Source: a virus
Taxonomy: Duplodnaviria; Heunggongvirae; Uroviricota; Caudoviricetes
Virus record (IMG/VR): IMGVR_UViG_3300025133_000019
Reading direction: 5' to 3' (one strand)
Length of the DNA stretch: 64,000 nucleotides
The position numbers were made by a program, and so were the translations under genes. Shown here piece after piece: positions 1-10,451 of this stretch. The notes under the pieces were generated by a model. The model had not been told where the DNA came from, ran no database searches, and was given only the letters and a program-made list of their open reading frames with translations. Each line of letters opens with the position of its first letter. Within the stretch, counting starts at the first letter, position 1.

Positions 1-1056
1 GAGAAAGAGGGTATTTCAGATAAATCCAGGTATATAAACGTTAGTAACGGTATCTGGGGAAATGAAGATTCTGTTAAAAGTGTTGGTTATGGTACTCAAT
101 TTTTTTGGTACAAACGAGTACCTATGAAAATAAGAGTTGAGAAAGAGGATTCTGATAATAGCAGGCCAAAAGAATTCATGCACATAACTAAATTAGGTAG
201 GAGTCATACTTTATTTGATGATATATTGACCGCAATAAAATCTACTAAGAAAAAAGATGAGATGTATTGTTACCAATTTACTGAGCATAAAGAGTTCATC
301 ACAAAACAATATGCCAGACCACTGGAATCTGTTATTCTCACCGAAAAAACTAAGAAGATGCTATTAAGTTATTTAGACTCCTTTGTTAAAAAAGAGGATT
401 GGTATATTGAACACGGCATACCTTATCAATTGGGAATATTTTTGCATGGTCCTCCTGGGACAGGCAAGACAACATTGATAAAAGCCATTGCGACTTACTT
501 AGGTAAGGATATTTGCTTTGCTAACACATCAGAAGGATTGGCTAAGGCTTCTTTAAGAATTAATGATTGTGTTATTGTGGTCGAAGAGATTGATACTCTT
601 GGATTAGACAATAGATCCAATGAGTTAAAGCCTGACCGCCAGAACCAGGATATAGCAGAATCTAGTAATACGGTTACAGCCGTATTAGAAAAACCTAAAG
701 ACCCTATTATACAATCACTGGATAAAGTATACGGTAAATATGCCTTAGGAGCTATATTAACGGCTTTAGATGGAGTTATTAGTAATCATGGTAGAGTGAT
801 AGTAATTACTAGCAACAACGGGGAAGACCTAGATCCTGCGTTAATGAGGCCCGGAAGAATAGACTTAAAGATAGAGATAGGATACCTAACTATAGAAACT
901 TTTAAACAGACCTTGAAAAAATTCTTTCCTAAGTATAAAATGAGAAAGAAGCTTGTGTTAAAAGAAAAAGTGGCTCCAGTTGATATCCAAAATAGAATAG
1001 TCAGAGGAGACGGGCCAGAGGCTTTGATTAAGGAATTCTGTTGGAGGAGTAAATAA
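1..1056 (+). CDS. AAA+ ATPase (BCS1-like), 5'-partial; the frame is open from window position 1
   Basis: Walker A GPPGTGKT and Walker B VIVVEEID. No SD before the ATG at 124, and the frame is open to the window edge. Confidence 0.8.
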   Translation, partial: EKEGISDKSRYINVSNGIWGNEDSVKSVGYGTQFFWYKRVPMKIRVEKEDSDNSRPKEFMHITKLGRSHTLFDDILTAIKSTKKKDEMYCYQFTEHKEFITKQYARPLESVILTEKTKKMLLSYLDSFVKKEDWYIEHGIPYQLGIFLHGPPGTGKTTLIKAIATYLGKDICFANTSEGLAKASLRINDCVIVVEEIDTLGLDNRSNELKPDRQNQDIAESSNTVTAVLEKPKDPIIQSLDKVYGKYALGAILTALDGVISNHGRVIVITSNNGEDLDPALMRPGRIDLKIEIGYLTIETFKQTLKKFFPKYKMRKKLVLKEKVAPVDIQNRIVRGDGPEALIKEFCWRSK

Positions 1057-1370
1057 TGGATCAATGTTTTTATGTTTTGTTTGTCAAAGGTGTTAATGCT
1101 CTTTCCACGAGTTTATTCACAGGAGATTCTTTAAAAGAGGTTGTTCAAAAATTTGGAAAAACGGAGGGGATTACAAGTTTTGAGGATATCTTGGCAGTTT
1201 TGGGGGAGTATGATTCTGATGGAAAATCCTGTGTCCTTACCGAATACACAGTTTCCCACGGATTTTTATCGCACTCTCACTTAGAAGATATTGTTGAGAA
1301 AAAGTTTAGAATTACAGATTCTAAGATTATAGTTGAGAGAACCGGAGAAGTTGTTAATCCAGCGTATTAG
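1056..1370 (+). CDS. hypothetical protein
   Basis: 104-aa ORF whose ATG overlaps the upstream stop (ATGA). Confidence 0.4.
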   Translation: MDQCFYVLFVKGVNALSTSLFTGDSLKEVVQKFGKTEGITSFEDILAVLGEYDSDGKSCVLTEYTVSHGFLSHSHLEDIVEKKFRITDSKIIVERTGEVVNPAY

Positions 1371-1680
1371 TTTTAAACCAGATAGTAAAGAGGATATATG
1401 TCAGATTTGAAAGATAGAGCTTTAGGAGCTATGTTTGGGCTAGCAGACCCAAACCTCCTCCGTATTCTGAACTCTGGGGAGCTGTTATTACAAAAGCGGA
1501 TTTACCTGATAGGTGTTTTATACTTTCTGGGGAACCAGAGCACGAACCAAATAAAGATTTAAGATCTGTAAATCCAGATCGGAATGTGCCTCACATCTTC
1601 ATGAAAACTGATGCAGAGACTCAAGAAGAACTAGATAAGTTCATAAAGGAAGAGGCACATAATTTTATACCATAATAAAC

Positions 1681-2511
1681 TCAGGAGTCCGGGTAAAACT
1701 TTATCTCAGATTTCTTTTTACAAACGCCTTTTTTAGTAGGAAAAATAACCCCTAACCTACATTCGAATTCTGTTATGTAGTCTGATACATGAGTACAGGT
1801 TTTACATTCTAAGGGTAGACCGAATTTATCTGTTAACACAGAGTTTCCGTTCTCTCGGTATTCTAGTATTTCCTCAACTGTTTTACAGGATAACACGTTT
1901 TCTTTTCTGAGTTCAAAAAAGGTGGCTTGAATGTGAGGCTCTTTCTCCACACCAAAACCAGGATCATAAAAGTCTAATTCCAACAGTCTATCCCAGGAAC
2001 AAATAATTTCTGCCCAGCTTCTTTTTAGATATAAGAAGTCGCAATGATCGTCAATACACTTTTCCTCTTCTTCCTCTGTACTAGTCTCTTTTATTTTATT
2101 GTAATAGCTTATCTGCTCTTCTTTTGAAGGTATATATCCGGATTCCATTGAAGCGTTTAAGCTCATACAAAACACTTCCCATGTATCATGTCTAGTTAAC
2201 AGTACTTGGGAATCTGGAATATCTATTTTCATGAGCACGAGATCTAGACTAGGATTTGGGTAAGCCCTTACGAAGTCAAAGCTTTCTCGTTCTCCCAGAA
2301 AAGTGTGCCAAGCCCAGACCGGAAATGCCTCAGATTCATTAGTACCCAAGTGCTTGTTCATCAGTTCAACCATACCTACGTATAATAACGAGAAATGGTC
2401 ATCTGAGTTAGGGTCCATATAATCAGGGTAATTCTTGATATAAGCCTTGTAAACTCCCTTTTCATAAAGGATGTCAACTACTTCTTGAGATTGAAGTGTG
2501 TACAGTATCAT
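1681..2511 (-). CDS. hypothetical protein
   Basis: 276-aa ORF with no recognisable motifs. Confidence 0.5.
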   Translation of the reverse strand: MILYTLQSQEVVDILYEKGVYKAYIKNYPDYMDPNSDDHFSLLYVGMVELMNKHLGTNESEAFPVWAWHTFLGERESFDFVRAYPNPSLDLVLMKIDIPDSQVLLTRHDTWEVFCMSLNASMESGYIPSKEEQISYYNKIKETSTEEEEEKCIDDHCDFLYLKRSWAEIICSWDRLLELDFYDPGFGVEKEPHIQATFFELRKENVLSCKTVEEILEYRENGNSVLTDKFGLPLECKTCTHVSDYITEFECRLGVIFPTKKGVCKKKSEIKFYPDS

Positions 2512-2558
2512 AATTCTAGTATACCAAGATTACTAGGTAATGTAAACACTTTCTAGAA

Positions 2559-2587
2559 TTGACTTTATCTTCATAACCTAGTAAAAT
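2559..2587 (+). promoter_or_regulatory. sigma70-like promoter TTGACT-N17-TAAAAT
   Basis: -35 at 2559-2564, 17-nt spacer, -10 at 2582-2587. Followed by an AGGAG SD and the ATG at 2605. Confidence 0.45.
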
Positions 2588-2604
2588 ATAATAAAGGAGA
2601 AGTT

Positions 2605-3912
2605 ATGTTGACTTTAGATTCTGAACGTGACCTAAAAAAGAGGAATGCCGAACGAAAAGTACCTTTACCTGTAGAGGAGATTTCTGACCAAGTTCATGTG
2701 TGCGAGACGGAAGGTAAAGCTTTATACCAAGCTTTACTAGATAAAAGAGTATTTATCTCTGGTCATGCTGTTGAAAGATTTGGAGAGAGGTTTGGCCTTC
2801 CAGAAGCCACGGGTAAACAGATCCTGTATTTTTTGAGGTACTCTAAACACGACTTTTCGGTCACAGTTATGAGGCGACCCTCTAACCATAGATACAAGAC
2901 AGTGAGACTAGGATTAAGGAGCAAGAAACTTAACATGTTTTTTGTGGCTGAGCGGGATTGTCAAGAAGATAATTTTGATTTTGTAATTAAAACTGTTTTA
3001 TCAGTACAGCAAAACAGGAGAGCCCCGTTGTTTCTAACAGAAGAGTTTCAAAAAGAGATTATCCCGTTTTTTACTAGCTTAAAATACTTGCCTAGTTTTG
3101 ATGTAATGGACAATAGAATAGTGTTTTATCTTACTGGTACTAATGGAAGGGTGTACGGAAAGGAGTCTAGAGCTTTATCTTTAAACCCTTTTAAGTTAAA
3201 ACAAGATTTATTGGAAACAGGGTTCATCAAATTTTACGACTCTGTGGAATATTCGCTATACAATCCCTTTTTTAGAGATAGTGACTTAGAGGTTCATGCG
3301 GACAATCTTTATTATGACCAGGATAAATGGTTTAAAGAGAGCGGACTAGAGAGTTATTTGAACTCGGTAACAGAAAAAGAGGTTAAGAAACCTGTGAAAC
3401 CAGTAAAGCCAGCTAAACTCGAAGCGCCCGTGGTCATAAAGCCTGAGAGATTTAATGTCAACGGAATAGATTACCCGCTTAAACGAATAGCCAAATTATT
3501 CAGAGACCCCATAAAAAATAAGATATCAGGGTATAATGGAGAAGGAGTGGAGGGGAAGATTATAGCCGAGAGTTATTTCTTGGGTCCTTATTACTTGGAA
3601 ACGGTTTATTGGGCGGAGAAAAAGGAATTACGTATAGATGTTCTAAATAAGGACAAATCAGAAATACTAAGAACTTATTTGGTCACTGGGTATTGTGTTC
3701 CTCAAGATATAAAGGACTTGGCATTAGCTCTTAGTTATGGTGAATTAGAATACGCTGATAAAGCGGGGTACAAAGGTGTTAATGCTTTAGGTCAGGCAAC
3801 ACAAATTGATGGCCCGGTGTGTAGTTTACCACGCAGATTGTTAAAAACTGTGAATGCTTGGCTTGACACTAGAAGTGAGGACATGTATAATCTAGATAAT
3901 TCAAATTCATAA
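2605..3912 (+). CDS. hypothetical protein
   Basis: 435-aa ORF with a strong SD (AAAGGAGAAG). Confidence 0.55.
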   Translation: MLTLDSERDLKKRNAERKVPLPVEEISDQVHVCETEGKALYQALLDKRVFISGHAVERFGERFGLPEATGKQILYFLRYSKHDFSVTVMRRPSNHRYKTVRLGLRSKKLNMFFVAERDCQEDNFDFVIKTVLSVQQNRRAPLFLTEEFQKEIIPFFTSLKYLPSFDVMDNRIVFYLTGTNGRVYGKESRALSLNPFKLKQDLLETGFIKFYDSVEYSLYNPFFRDSDLEVHADNLYYDQDKWFKESGLESYLNSVTEKEVKKPVKPVKPAKLEAPVVIKPERFNVNGIDYPLKRIAKLFRDPIKNKISGYNGEGVEGKIIAESYFLGPYYLETVYWAEKKELRIDVLNKDKSEILRTYLVTGYCVPQDIKDLALALSYGELEYADKAGYKGVNALGQATQIDGPVCSLPRRLLKTVNAWLDTRSEDMYNLDNSNS

Positions 3913-4149
3913 CGACTTGAGTTTGAGCCGAATACAGAATAGCTTACGAGTTTGAATGTATTTGGAACCGGGATTTCCACCTTATCTAAACGGAAAAACA
4001 GGTACACATGAACTGGCATGTACGGTGCATAAATGGTTGTGTGCGTAACAGGAAGCTCCTCCTGGCCTGATGAAGCTTAGGTTAGAATAAGTCTGGTGGC
4101 ACACCCGTGTTGTGACAGACTTAATTTAGCCAGTAGTTTGCCAGGATCT

Positions 4150-5700
4150 ACTATATCAAAGTCCTGGCCTGAAAAATTCTTTTAGACCTCAGAGAAATCT
4201 GGGGTCTAATTTTGTGTCTGTGGCAGAATGGATATGGACCGGAATGCGAATCCGGGGGAATACCCAATGCAAGTTTAGGAGGTTCCTTTGAATTTAAAGT
4301 ACAAAAAGCGCTTCAACTTAAAAATCCTTGTCGCTTTTTAAATATTGGTTATACTAAAAATATGGAGGTAACGAAAACTTACCAGTTTCGAATTTATCCG
4401 AACAAAGGCCAAGTAGTTTTAATGGCCCGTCATTTTGGATCAACTCGGTTTGTTTGGAACTATTTTCTTGCGCAAAGAAAGGACACATACCTTAATAGTA
4501 AAGGGGCACTAAATTACCATACCAACTCTAAGGCACTAACGTCCTTAAAAAAAGAGCCTGATTTTGAATGGCTTAAAAAAGTAAATTCCCAATCATTACA
4601 AGCATCGCTAAAGGATTTAGACACAGCCTACGGTCGGTTTTTTAAAAAGCAATCTAAGTTCCCCAACTTTAAATCTAAACACCACTCAAAAAACAGTTTT
4701 AGATGCCCCCAATCAGTAACCATAATAGAGGGTAAGTTAAGCCTTCCTAAATTCAAAACAGGGATTAAAATAAAACTCCACCGTGAGATAATAGGAGAAA
4801 TTTTATATGCCACGGTGACACAGAGACGAGCGGGGAAAATTCTTTGTGTCAATTACTTGTCAAGAAAAGCACCAGTCTCTTCCAAAGACAAGTAAACAAG
4901 TCGGTATTGATCTTGGAATTAAAGACTTAGTGGTATGTTCTGATGGGGTTGTTTTTAAAAACCCAAGGATAACAAAGAAACACGCCAAAAAATTGTCATA
5001 TGAACAAAGACAGCTCTCTAAAAAGAAAAGGGGTTCCGGCAAACGAAATAAACAAAAAAGAAGAGTCTCCTTGGTTCACGAAAGAATAAGAAACACCAGG
5101 AAAGATTACTTGCACAAAACCTCCCACAAACTCATAAGCGAAAACCAAGCTGTTGTGATTGAAGATTTGAACGTCGTAGGTATGATTAAAAATCGTTATT
5201 TGTCAAAATCAATTGCAGACGCTAGTTGGGGTGAACTAACTCGTCAACTGGAATACAAGTCTGCATGGAATGGAAGGCAGTTTGTCAAAATTGACAGGTG
5301 GTTTCCCTCCTCAAAAACTTGTCATGTTTGTGATTTCATAAAACAGGATCTCATTTTAAATGATCGTGAGTGGCAATGTCCTTCATGCAATTCTTTGTTA
5401 GATAGAGATTTGAATGCTGCTAAAAATATCCTGAAACAAGGACTAAAGATACTGTCTGGTTCTGGAGTCAGACACAAAACAAAAACCCGTGGAGGCGTTT
5501 GCATGAGCAGAGTCTATGAAACGGGAAGCTCAAAAGCTTTAGCTTTGGGTAGCTCATGTGATGTCCATTTCACCAGAGGTCTATTTTTCTTTGTAAACTT
5601 ATATGTTTACAAACCTGTAAAAAGTAAACTTATAAGTTTACTTTTTATAAACAAGTTGATTAACAAAATGTGGTGTGATAACATTGTTTTATAACGCACA
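4150..5700 (+). mobile_element. IS200/IS605-family TnpB-only element, copy 1 (approximate boundaries)
   Basis: TnpB ORF plus an upstream hairpin (AGACCTCAGAGAAATCTGGGGTCT, ~4186-4209). A 3' palindrome GTAAAC-TTATAT-GTTTAC and AAAGTAAACTTATAAGTTTACTTT lie in the RE/omega-RNA region. Confidence 0.5.
4362..5694 (+). pseudogene. tnpB: TnpB (OrfB) RNA-guided nuclease, split by a +1 frameshift near 4845-4870
   Basis: N-term MEVTKTYQFRIYPNKGQ; RuvC-I GIDLGIKDLVV; RuvC-II VIEDLNV; zinc finger CHVCDF...CPSC; RuvC-III RDLNAAKNI. The frame switches in a G4A4T3 homopolymer region, so this is either a genuine pseudogene or a sequencing error. Confidence 0.75.
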
Positions 5701-5893
5701 AAAAGGGATGTCCCCTAATGGGTTTGGCTACTTTTCTCAGGACAGGGAAAAAAGTAGTTATAAACTTGGTGCGTATGGGCATGAGTACAACTCTTTAAGC
5801 CCTTCTGCCTGTTCTAAAGGACAGATAGTGCCTAATTCGTTATAAGTTGCTGGCGCTTGTAGAAAAGCCAGTGTAAAAAATTTTAGGACCCAA

Positions 5894-6616
5894 GTGAATT
5901 TAAAAGAAACGCAAGACCATAAAGATGCGGTAGCTTTCATTATAAACTTTTTGGCTGATGCTCTAGGGTCAACGGATCGAAGTTTACCTGATGATAAAGA
6001 CTTGGAGTCTATGTCAGGCTCATTTCAAGTTTCTGGCACTAGCATTAGTGTGGCAGAGCAGGATAACCACTACTTGATTATCGTGAATAACCAGTCTAAA
6101 CAGAAATACTGCATACCAAATCAGGTTTTTGGTAAAGCATACAATGAAGTAGAGAAAGTTCTCTTAGGAATTTCAGAGTCTATAAAGCCTGTTTTGGAGT
6201 ATGGAGATCCCGTAGAAAATTCTATTAGTAAAACTGAGATTATTGATTTGGACTCTTTGACCACGACACACGGCCCTTGGGAATGGAATAGGAGTTCTCA
6301 TCAGGATCTAGCCAATGCAACCGTCAATTATGTTTTTGACATTACCAACAGGGAAAACGGGATGTGGTTACATTTATTAACATTATCAAGCCCCTATTAT
6401 GGCAGAGGCTATTCCAGTGCTACAGTGTATGATTTCTCCAGGCCGGAATCCATGGCACCGAGTTTGTATAATTCGATATGCGCTTATATTGCCCAAGAGA
6501 TTAGTAATCCCGATGTTACTGTGGATGCAGTTGGGGATATGGATTTAAAAGGGCTGACTAACTATGAAATATCTCAAAAGTTTTTAGCAGATAGGCTAGA
6601 ATCTGTTAGTTGTTGA
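5894..6616 (+). CDS. hypothetical protein
   Basis: 240-aa ORF. Confidence 0.5.
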   Translation: MNLKETQDHKDAVAFIINFLADALGSTDRSLPDDKDLESMSGSFQVSGTSISVAEQDNHYLIIVNNQSKQKYCIPNQVFGKAYNEVEKVLLGISESIKPVLEYGDPVENSISKTEIIDLDSLTTTHGPWEWNRSSHQDLANATVNYVFDITNRENGMWLHLLTLSSPYYGRGYSSATVYDFSRPESMAPSLYNSICAYIAQEISNPDVTVDAVGDMDLKGLTNYEISQKFLADRLESVSC

Positions 6617-6641
6617 CACTAGAGTTATTTTGTTATACAAT
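6613..6641 (+). promoter_or_regulatory. sigma70-like promoter TTGACA-N17-TACAAT
   Basis: TTGACA 6613-6618 and TACAAT 6636-6641, with an extended TATACAAT. An SD and the ATG at 6669 follow. Confidence 0.5.
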
Positions 6642-6668
6642 ATCAAAAATTTTATTTAAAAGGAAATT

Positions 6669-8072
6669 ATGACCCGAAGTTTATCAGATATAAGAGAAAA
6701 AGCAGAGCGTATAGTAAAACACATCAAAATCGTGGAGCAAGATCTTAGTGATCTAACAGACCAGGAAAATCGTGAGGTAGATTCTTATAATCCTGACCCA
6801 GATATTCATGAAGAAACTCCCGAAGCTTTTGAATTAGATGACGAAGTCTCTGCTCAAGAAGAAACTGTAGAAGTTCCTCTTTCGAGAGAGAAGGAACTGG
6901 CCTCTTTTCAAAAGGATCTCAACATGTTGTGTGAACAAGGAGACACAGATGTTGTAGTTGTTAGGAATAGCGAAGTTTATACAGGAGCTGTCCATGCCAT
7001 AGATCCTTACCTTTCTTTTACAATTGAGTCTAGGAACAAGGAGTACAAGACCTTTAAATCGGATGACGTGATAGACGGTAAAGTATTAATCTTTTGTAAA
7101 GGGCCTCTTTTAACTAGCTTTGATTCCTTGAGTAGAGGAGATTTAGTACTAGAATCCAGGATAGACCAGCTATCTATGGAAAAGGTATTAGACGTTCATG
7201 AGGAAACGTTAGTTCTTGATAGATACCATGCGTCTATCCTAGAGATTGCCGATTTATACGAAATAGACTTATATAGATTATCAGCAGTGTATCAAAAGAC
7301 TTCTGAATCCGACCCCCAATCTTCTAAGGCAACTGTGTCTGATGGCATGGAACTTAAAGCTTTATTTGAGGATTCTGGAGAATCGGGGGAAGAGCATTAT
7401 GATTATTCCGTTTTTAGGCCAAGTCCTGATCCTAAACTAATTAGAGTTAGTTTTCCTTCTGATCCAGACCTCTTTTTAGATGTGGAAGTGGGGGATGTGA
7501 AATCTATAGGGGATTTAGCTAATATTTTAGAGGAATGCAGAAATACTGGAAAGGCTCCTGAACTTCAAGGGGACGGAGATCCCAAAGACCTATTTTCAGA
7601 CCCTTTAGAGGGAAATGAACTCCCAGTTTCTGCTGTATCTGATTGGAGAACGGGAAGGATGGTTAAGCATCTTAAAGTCGGGGACTTGGTGGCGGTTAAA
7701 TACAGAGTACATCCTTGGGCTAACGCTGGAGAAATAGAGGCTATTGAGGGCTCCGGAGTAATTACATTTTCTGAAAAAGCTTACGGAATATATACATTAG
7801 AAAGTCATCACATAAACTATGGTTACGAAATTAAAAAGATTGAGGATTACGAAGCATCTCAGTTTCCTGTTATTCCAGAACAGGTTAATCCAGTTCTGGA
7901 TGATAAAAGTATTGCTAAGACTTTGGAGACAGTAAGAGATAATATACCCGAAGACTCTGGACTTATAAAGGTTGCTCATGGTAAAGTTAGAGTGTCCGAG
8001 TCTCCTTATAAGAGTGTACCCAAGTCTGCTGTAATTAACATTAAAGATCTTGTAAGCAAAGATTCTGTGTAA
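6669..8072 (+). CDS. acidic hypothetical protein
   Basis: 467-aa ORF, Asp/Glu-rich, SD AAGGAA. Confidence 0.55.
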   Translation: MTRSLSDIREKAERIVKHIKIVEQDLSDLTDQENREVDSYNPDPDIHEETPEAFELDDEVSAQEETVEVPLSREKELASFQKDLNMLCEQGDTDVVVVRNSEVYTGAVHAIDPYLSFTIESRNKEYKTFKSDDVIDGKVLIFCKGPLLTSFDSLSRGDLVLESRIDQLSMEKVLDVHEETLVLDRYHASILEIADLYEIDLYRLSAVYQKTSESDPQSSKATVSDGMELKALFEDSGESGEEHYDYSVFRPSPDPKLIRVSFPSDPDLFLDVEVGDVKSIGDLANILEECRNTGKAPELQGDGDPKDLFSDPLEGNELPVSAVSDWRTGRMVKHLKVGDLVAVKYRVHPWANAGEIEAIEGSGVITFSEKAYGIYTLESHHINYGYEIKKIEDYEASQFPVIPEQVNPVLDDKSIAKTLETVRDNIPEDSGLIKVAHGKVRVSESPYKSVPKSAVINIKDLVSKDSV

Positions 8073-8095
8073 ACTAATAGTACCGAGAGGAAAAC

Positions 8096-8296
8096 ATGAA
8101 AAATTTTGAGGGAGTAATCACAGGAAACAGATATAAATTCGTGAACAAAAAAACTAAAGAAGTCTTGAGTTTTAAGGTCACAAGTCAAAAACCTTTGCAA
8201 AGGAAATTCGGTTTCATCACTGATTCAGGAGAAGAACGGGACATGGAATTACATGACCTCCTAAGTAATTATGAGAATGTAGAGGATTTTCAGTAA
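8096..8296 (+). CDS. hypothetical small protein
   Basis: 66-aa ORF with SD GAGAGG. Confidence 0.4.
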   Translation: MKNFEGVITGNRYKFVNKKTKEVLSFKVTSQKPLQRKFGFITDSGEERDMELHDLLSNYENVEDFQ

Positions 8297-8511
8297 TCAG
8301 GTGTGATAATAAGTTTGAATTTAGACGAGAAATATCTGGAGCTTCTTAGTTCGTTTGAGAAGTCTCATATGATTGAGGTAGAATCTGCGGATGCTCTGAA
8401 TTTTGATGTTTGTTTTTGTCCTTGCAATACATGTCAAACCTCTCCTCCTGTACACACTTTTTTTGATTCTCATAGGAATAATTGATAAAGTCTTAGAGCA
8501 AAGGAATTATA

Positions 8512-8988
8512 ATGACAAGAGATCTTGATTACGATTGTGGGTTAGAAAACGATGCATCAGCAAATGAATTTGGTAATTCTTGGTCTGTGTCACTAGATCC
8601 TAGTGGCGAATATCAAGGAGTGGTCCCCAGAAGATTCCGAGGTGTTCATGCTCTACTAAAAAAGAGGAGAAATTCTACCTTTTGGTAGAGGATGACGGTA
8701 ACTTCTCTACAACAGGCATTTTAACTCTGGAGGAAGTCAAAGAGCTTAGGGATGCAATTTCACTGGCTTCTAAGTACGTTATCCTGGGAGGGAAAACCCC
8801 CTTTTAGATCCAGGTTGACCGATAGAGATGTTTTAAAGACTGGAGTTGACCATGAAACCTTTCCAATAAGGTTTTATGAAAACAGAAAAGATGAACATTA
8901 CTGGATAAAATTTGTTTGTCCAGAGCACCTAGAAAACACATTTGACGTTTACTTTATAGATGATATTCTTTGGGTACTAGATATTTGA
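8512..8988 (+). pseudogene. hypothetical gene broken by two homopolymer frameshifts (A6 near 8655, C5 near 8805)
   Basis: An SD and the ATG at 8512 are present. Coherent protein text continues across three frames, with each frame switch falling in a homopolymer. Confidence 0.35.
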
Positions 8989-9037
8989 CACGTACCCCCT
9001 TCTTTATGTTATAGTAGTATAACTAAAGGAGAAATTG

Positions 9038-9479
9038 ATGGAACAAGGACTATGGTTAAAAGAAGTTGGAGAGGAAGATAATTACTATCCGTGTGGTACT
9101 TCATTAGGACTGGATGATGATTATGCTTTTTTTTGAGAACTTTATGCCAGAGCATTTTTTTGGGGTCCACGGGCTAGTAAAATTAGAGAAGGAATATCAT
9201 TTAATGGGTTCCGATGATGGGCACTATTGGACTAAAGCCATTCTAGACTTGGAAGAGGTTATAGGTTTGAGGATAGCCTTGAAGAATTTGAACTACCTCT
9301 TAGAGAAGAATCCGGAGAAATGGAGATTCTCAGGCACTCTCATAGAGTTTCCTTTCAAAGTCTATACTAAGTATGACAAAAAGAGTGCTCATCATATTAT
9401 GGCCATAGAGATAAACGATAAGAAAGTTTCTTTTAGTCAATACTGGTTAAAAGATTTGATTAAAGCCTTGGTATTTTAG
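9038..9479 (+). pseudogene. hypothetical gene with a frameshift in a T8 run (~9120)
   Basis: SD AAGGAG and the ATG at 9038. A 30-aa N-terminal piece is followed by the 9114-9479 ORF in another frame. Confidence 0.35.
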
Positions 9480-9482
9480 TTG

Positions 9483-9797
9483 CTATTCTGGCTTATCTCT
9501 TTCTAAAACTTCTTCCCATTTATCTAGCTTTTTATACATCATATCTTTGAATTCTGAATCACGGAATTCTAGTTGACATAATATAGAACTGGCAACAATA
9601 ATTACATCACAAGCTTCTTGAAGAATATCTTCTCTGCTTGTGGTTTTGTATGTGCAGCCAGGAGCTTTGTCTAGGGTTAGCAATTCTTGAGCTAGCTCAC
9701 CTGTTTCTTCTGTAAGTTTAGCTAATCTTTGCATAAGATTTTTATTGTCTTTAGAAGTGTTTAGCTTTATTTTATCAGCAATTCTTTTTAAACTCAT
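9483..9797 (-). CDS. MazG-like nucleotide pyrophosphohydrolase domain protein
   Basis: EExGE-type motif LTEETGELAQE in an all-helical ~100-aa protein. Confidence 0.55.
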   Translation of the reverse strand: MSLKRIADKIKLNTSKDNKNLMQRLAKLTEETGELAQELLTLDKAPGCTYKTTSREDILQEACDVIIVASSILCQLEFRDSEFKDMMYKKLDKWEEVLERDKPE

Positions 9798-9827
9798 ATC
9801 TTATTGTATGAATTTAGACCGTAAAAG

Positions 9828-10358
9828 TCAAGATATTTTAGAGAAGACGGACACCATATGTCTTCCTTCTTGCTTGGTTTCTTCTTGGACAGCAATATCA
9901 GAGGTTCTCTCTTTTATAGTATTTAGAAGCTCTGACCCTAAATCCTTATGAACAATACCTCTCCCTTTAAAAGTTATTACCACTTTGACTTTATTACCAC
10001 TCTGAATAAATTTTCTTAAATGATTGAGTTTAGTATCTAAATCGTGGCTACCAATATTAGGACCCATTTTGATCTCTTTGGTAACTAATTTAGGTTGAGG
10101 TTTGACTTTCTTTTTCTGATCGAATTTGAATTTTCCGTAGTCTATTATTTTAGCTACTGGGGGATTAGAGGATGTTGACACTAGAACTAGGTCTAGACCT
10201 CTGTCTCTAGCCATAGATAATGCTGTTTCTCTGTCTATAACTGAGTTTGTTCCTGATTCAGGGTCTACGACTCTGAGCTTTGTTTCCTTGATGTGTTCGT
10301 TAATATTAGCTTTCTCTTCTCGGGAGTTCTCGTTTTGAAGCCTTTTTCTTTTTATCAT
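9828..10358 (-). CDS. infC: translation initiation factor IF-3 (bacterial type)
   Basis: N-domain INEHIKETKLRVVD...SVIDRETALSMARDRGLDLVLV; C-domain KEIKMGPNIGSHDLDTKLNHLRKFIQSGNKVKVVITFKGR. Confidence 0.85.
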   Translation of the reverse strand: MIKRKRLQNENSREEKANINEHIKETKLRVVDPESGTNSVIDRETALSMARDRGLDLVLVSTSSNPPVAKIIDYGKFKFDQKKKVKPQPKLVTKEIKMGPNIGSHDLDTKLNHLRKFIQSGNKVKVVITFKGRGIVHKDLGSELLNTIKERTSDIAVQEETKQEGRHMVSVFSKIS

Positions 10359-10412
10359 GAATGTTAATTTTTCTCCTTGTATGTTATAATATGCAATAAT
10401 GAATCAAAACAA

Positions 10413-10451
10413 GCCGGATTAGCTTAGTTGGCTAGAGCGCACCGTTCAATA
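10413..10451 (+). tRNA. 5' half of a class II tRNA-Leu(CAA)-like gene: acceptor GCCGGAT, D-arm, anticodon stem CACCG and loop TTCAATA
   Basis: A canonical 5' half folded by hand. The remainder is displaced by an insertion, and the matching 3' half lies at 11868-11925. Confidence 0.5.

Noticed and set aside
786-1064. Minus-strand 92-aa ORF inside the AAA+ ATPase gene, and the many other 60-100-aa antisense ORFs inside large genes (for example 13178-13363, 30915-31223, 57881-58516, 60532-61053)
   Set aside because: They are fully embedded in strongly supported genes on the opposite strand and have low-complexity, AT-rich-codon translations. These are spurious.
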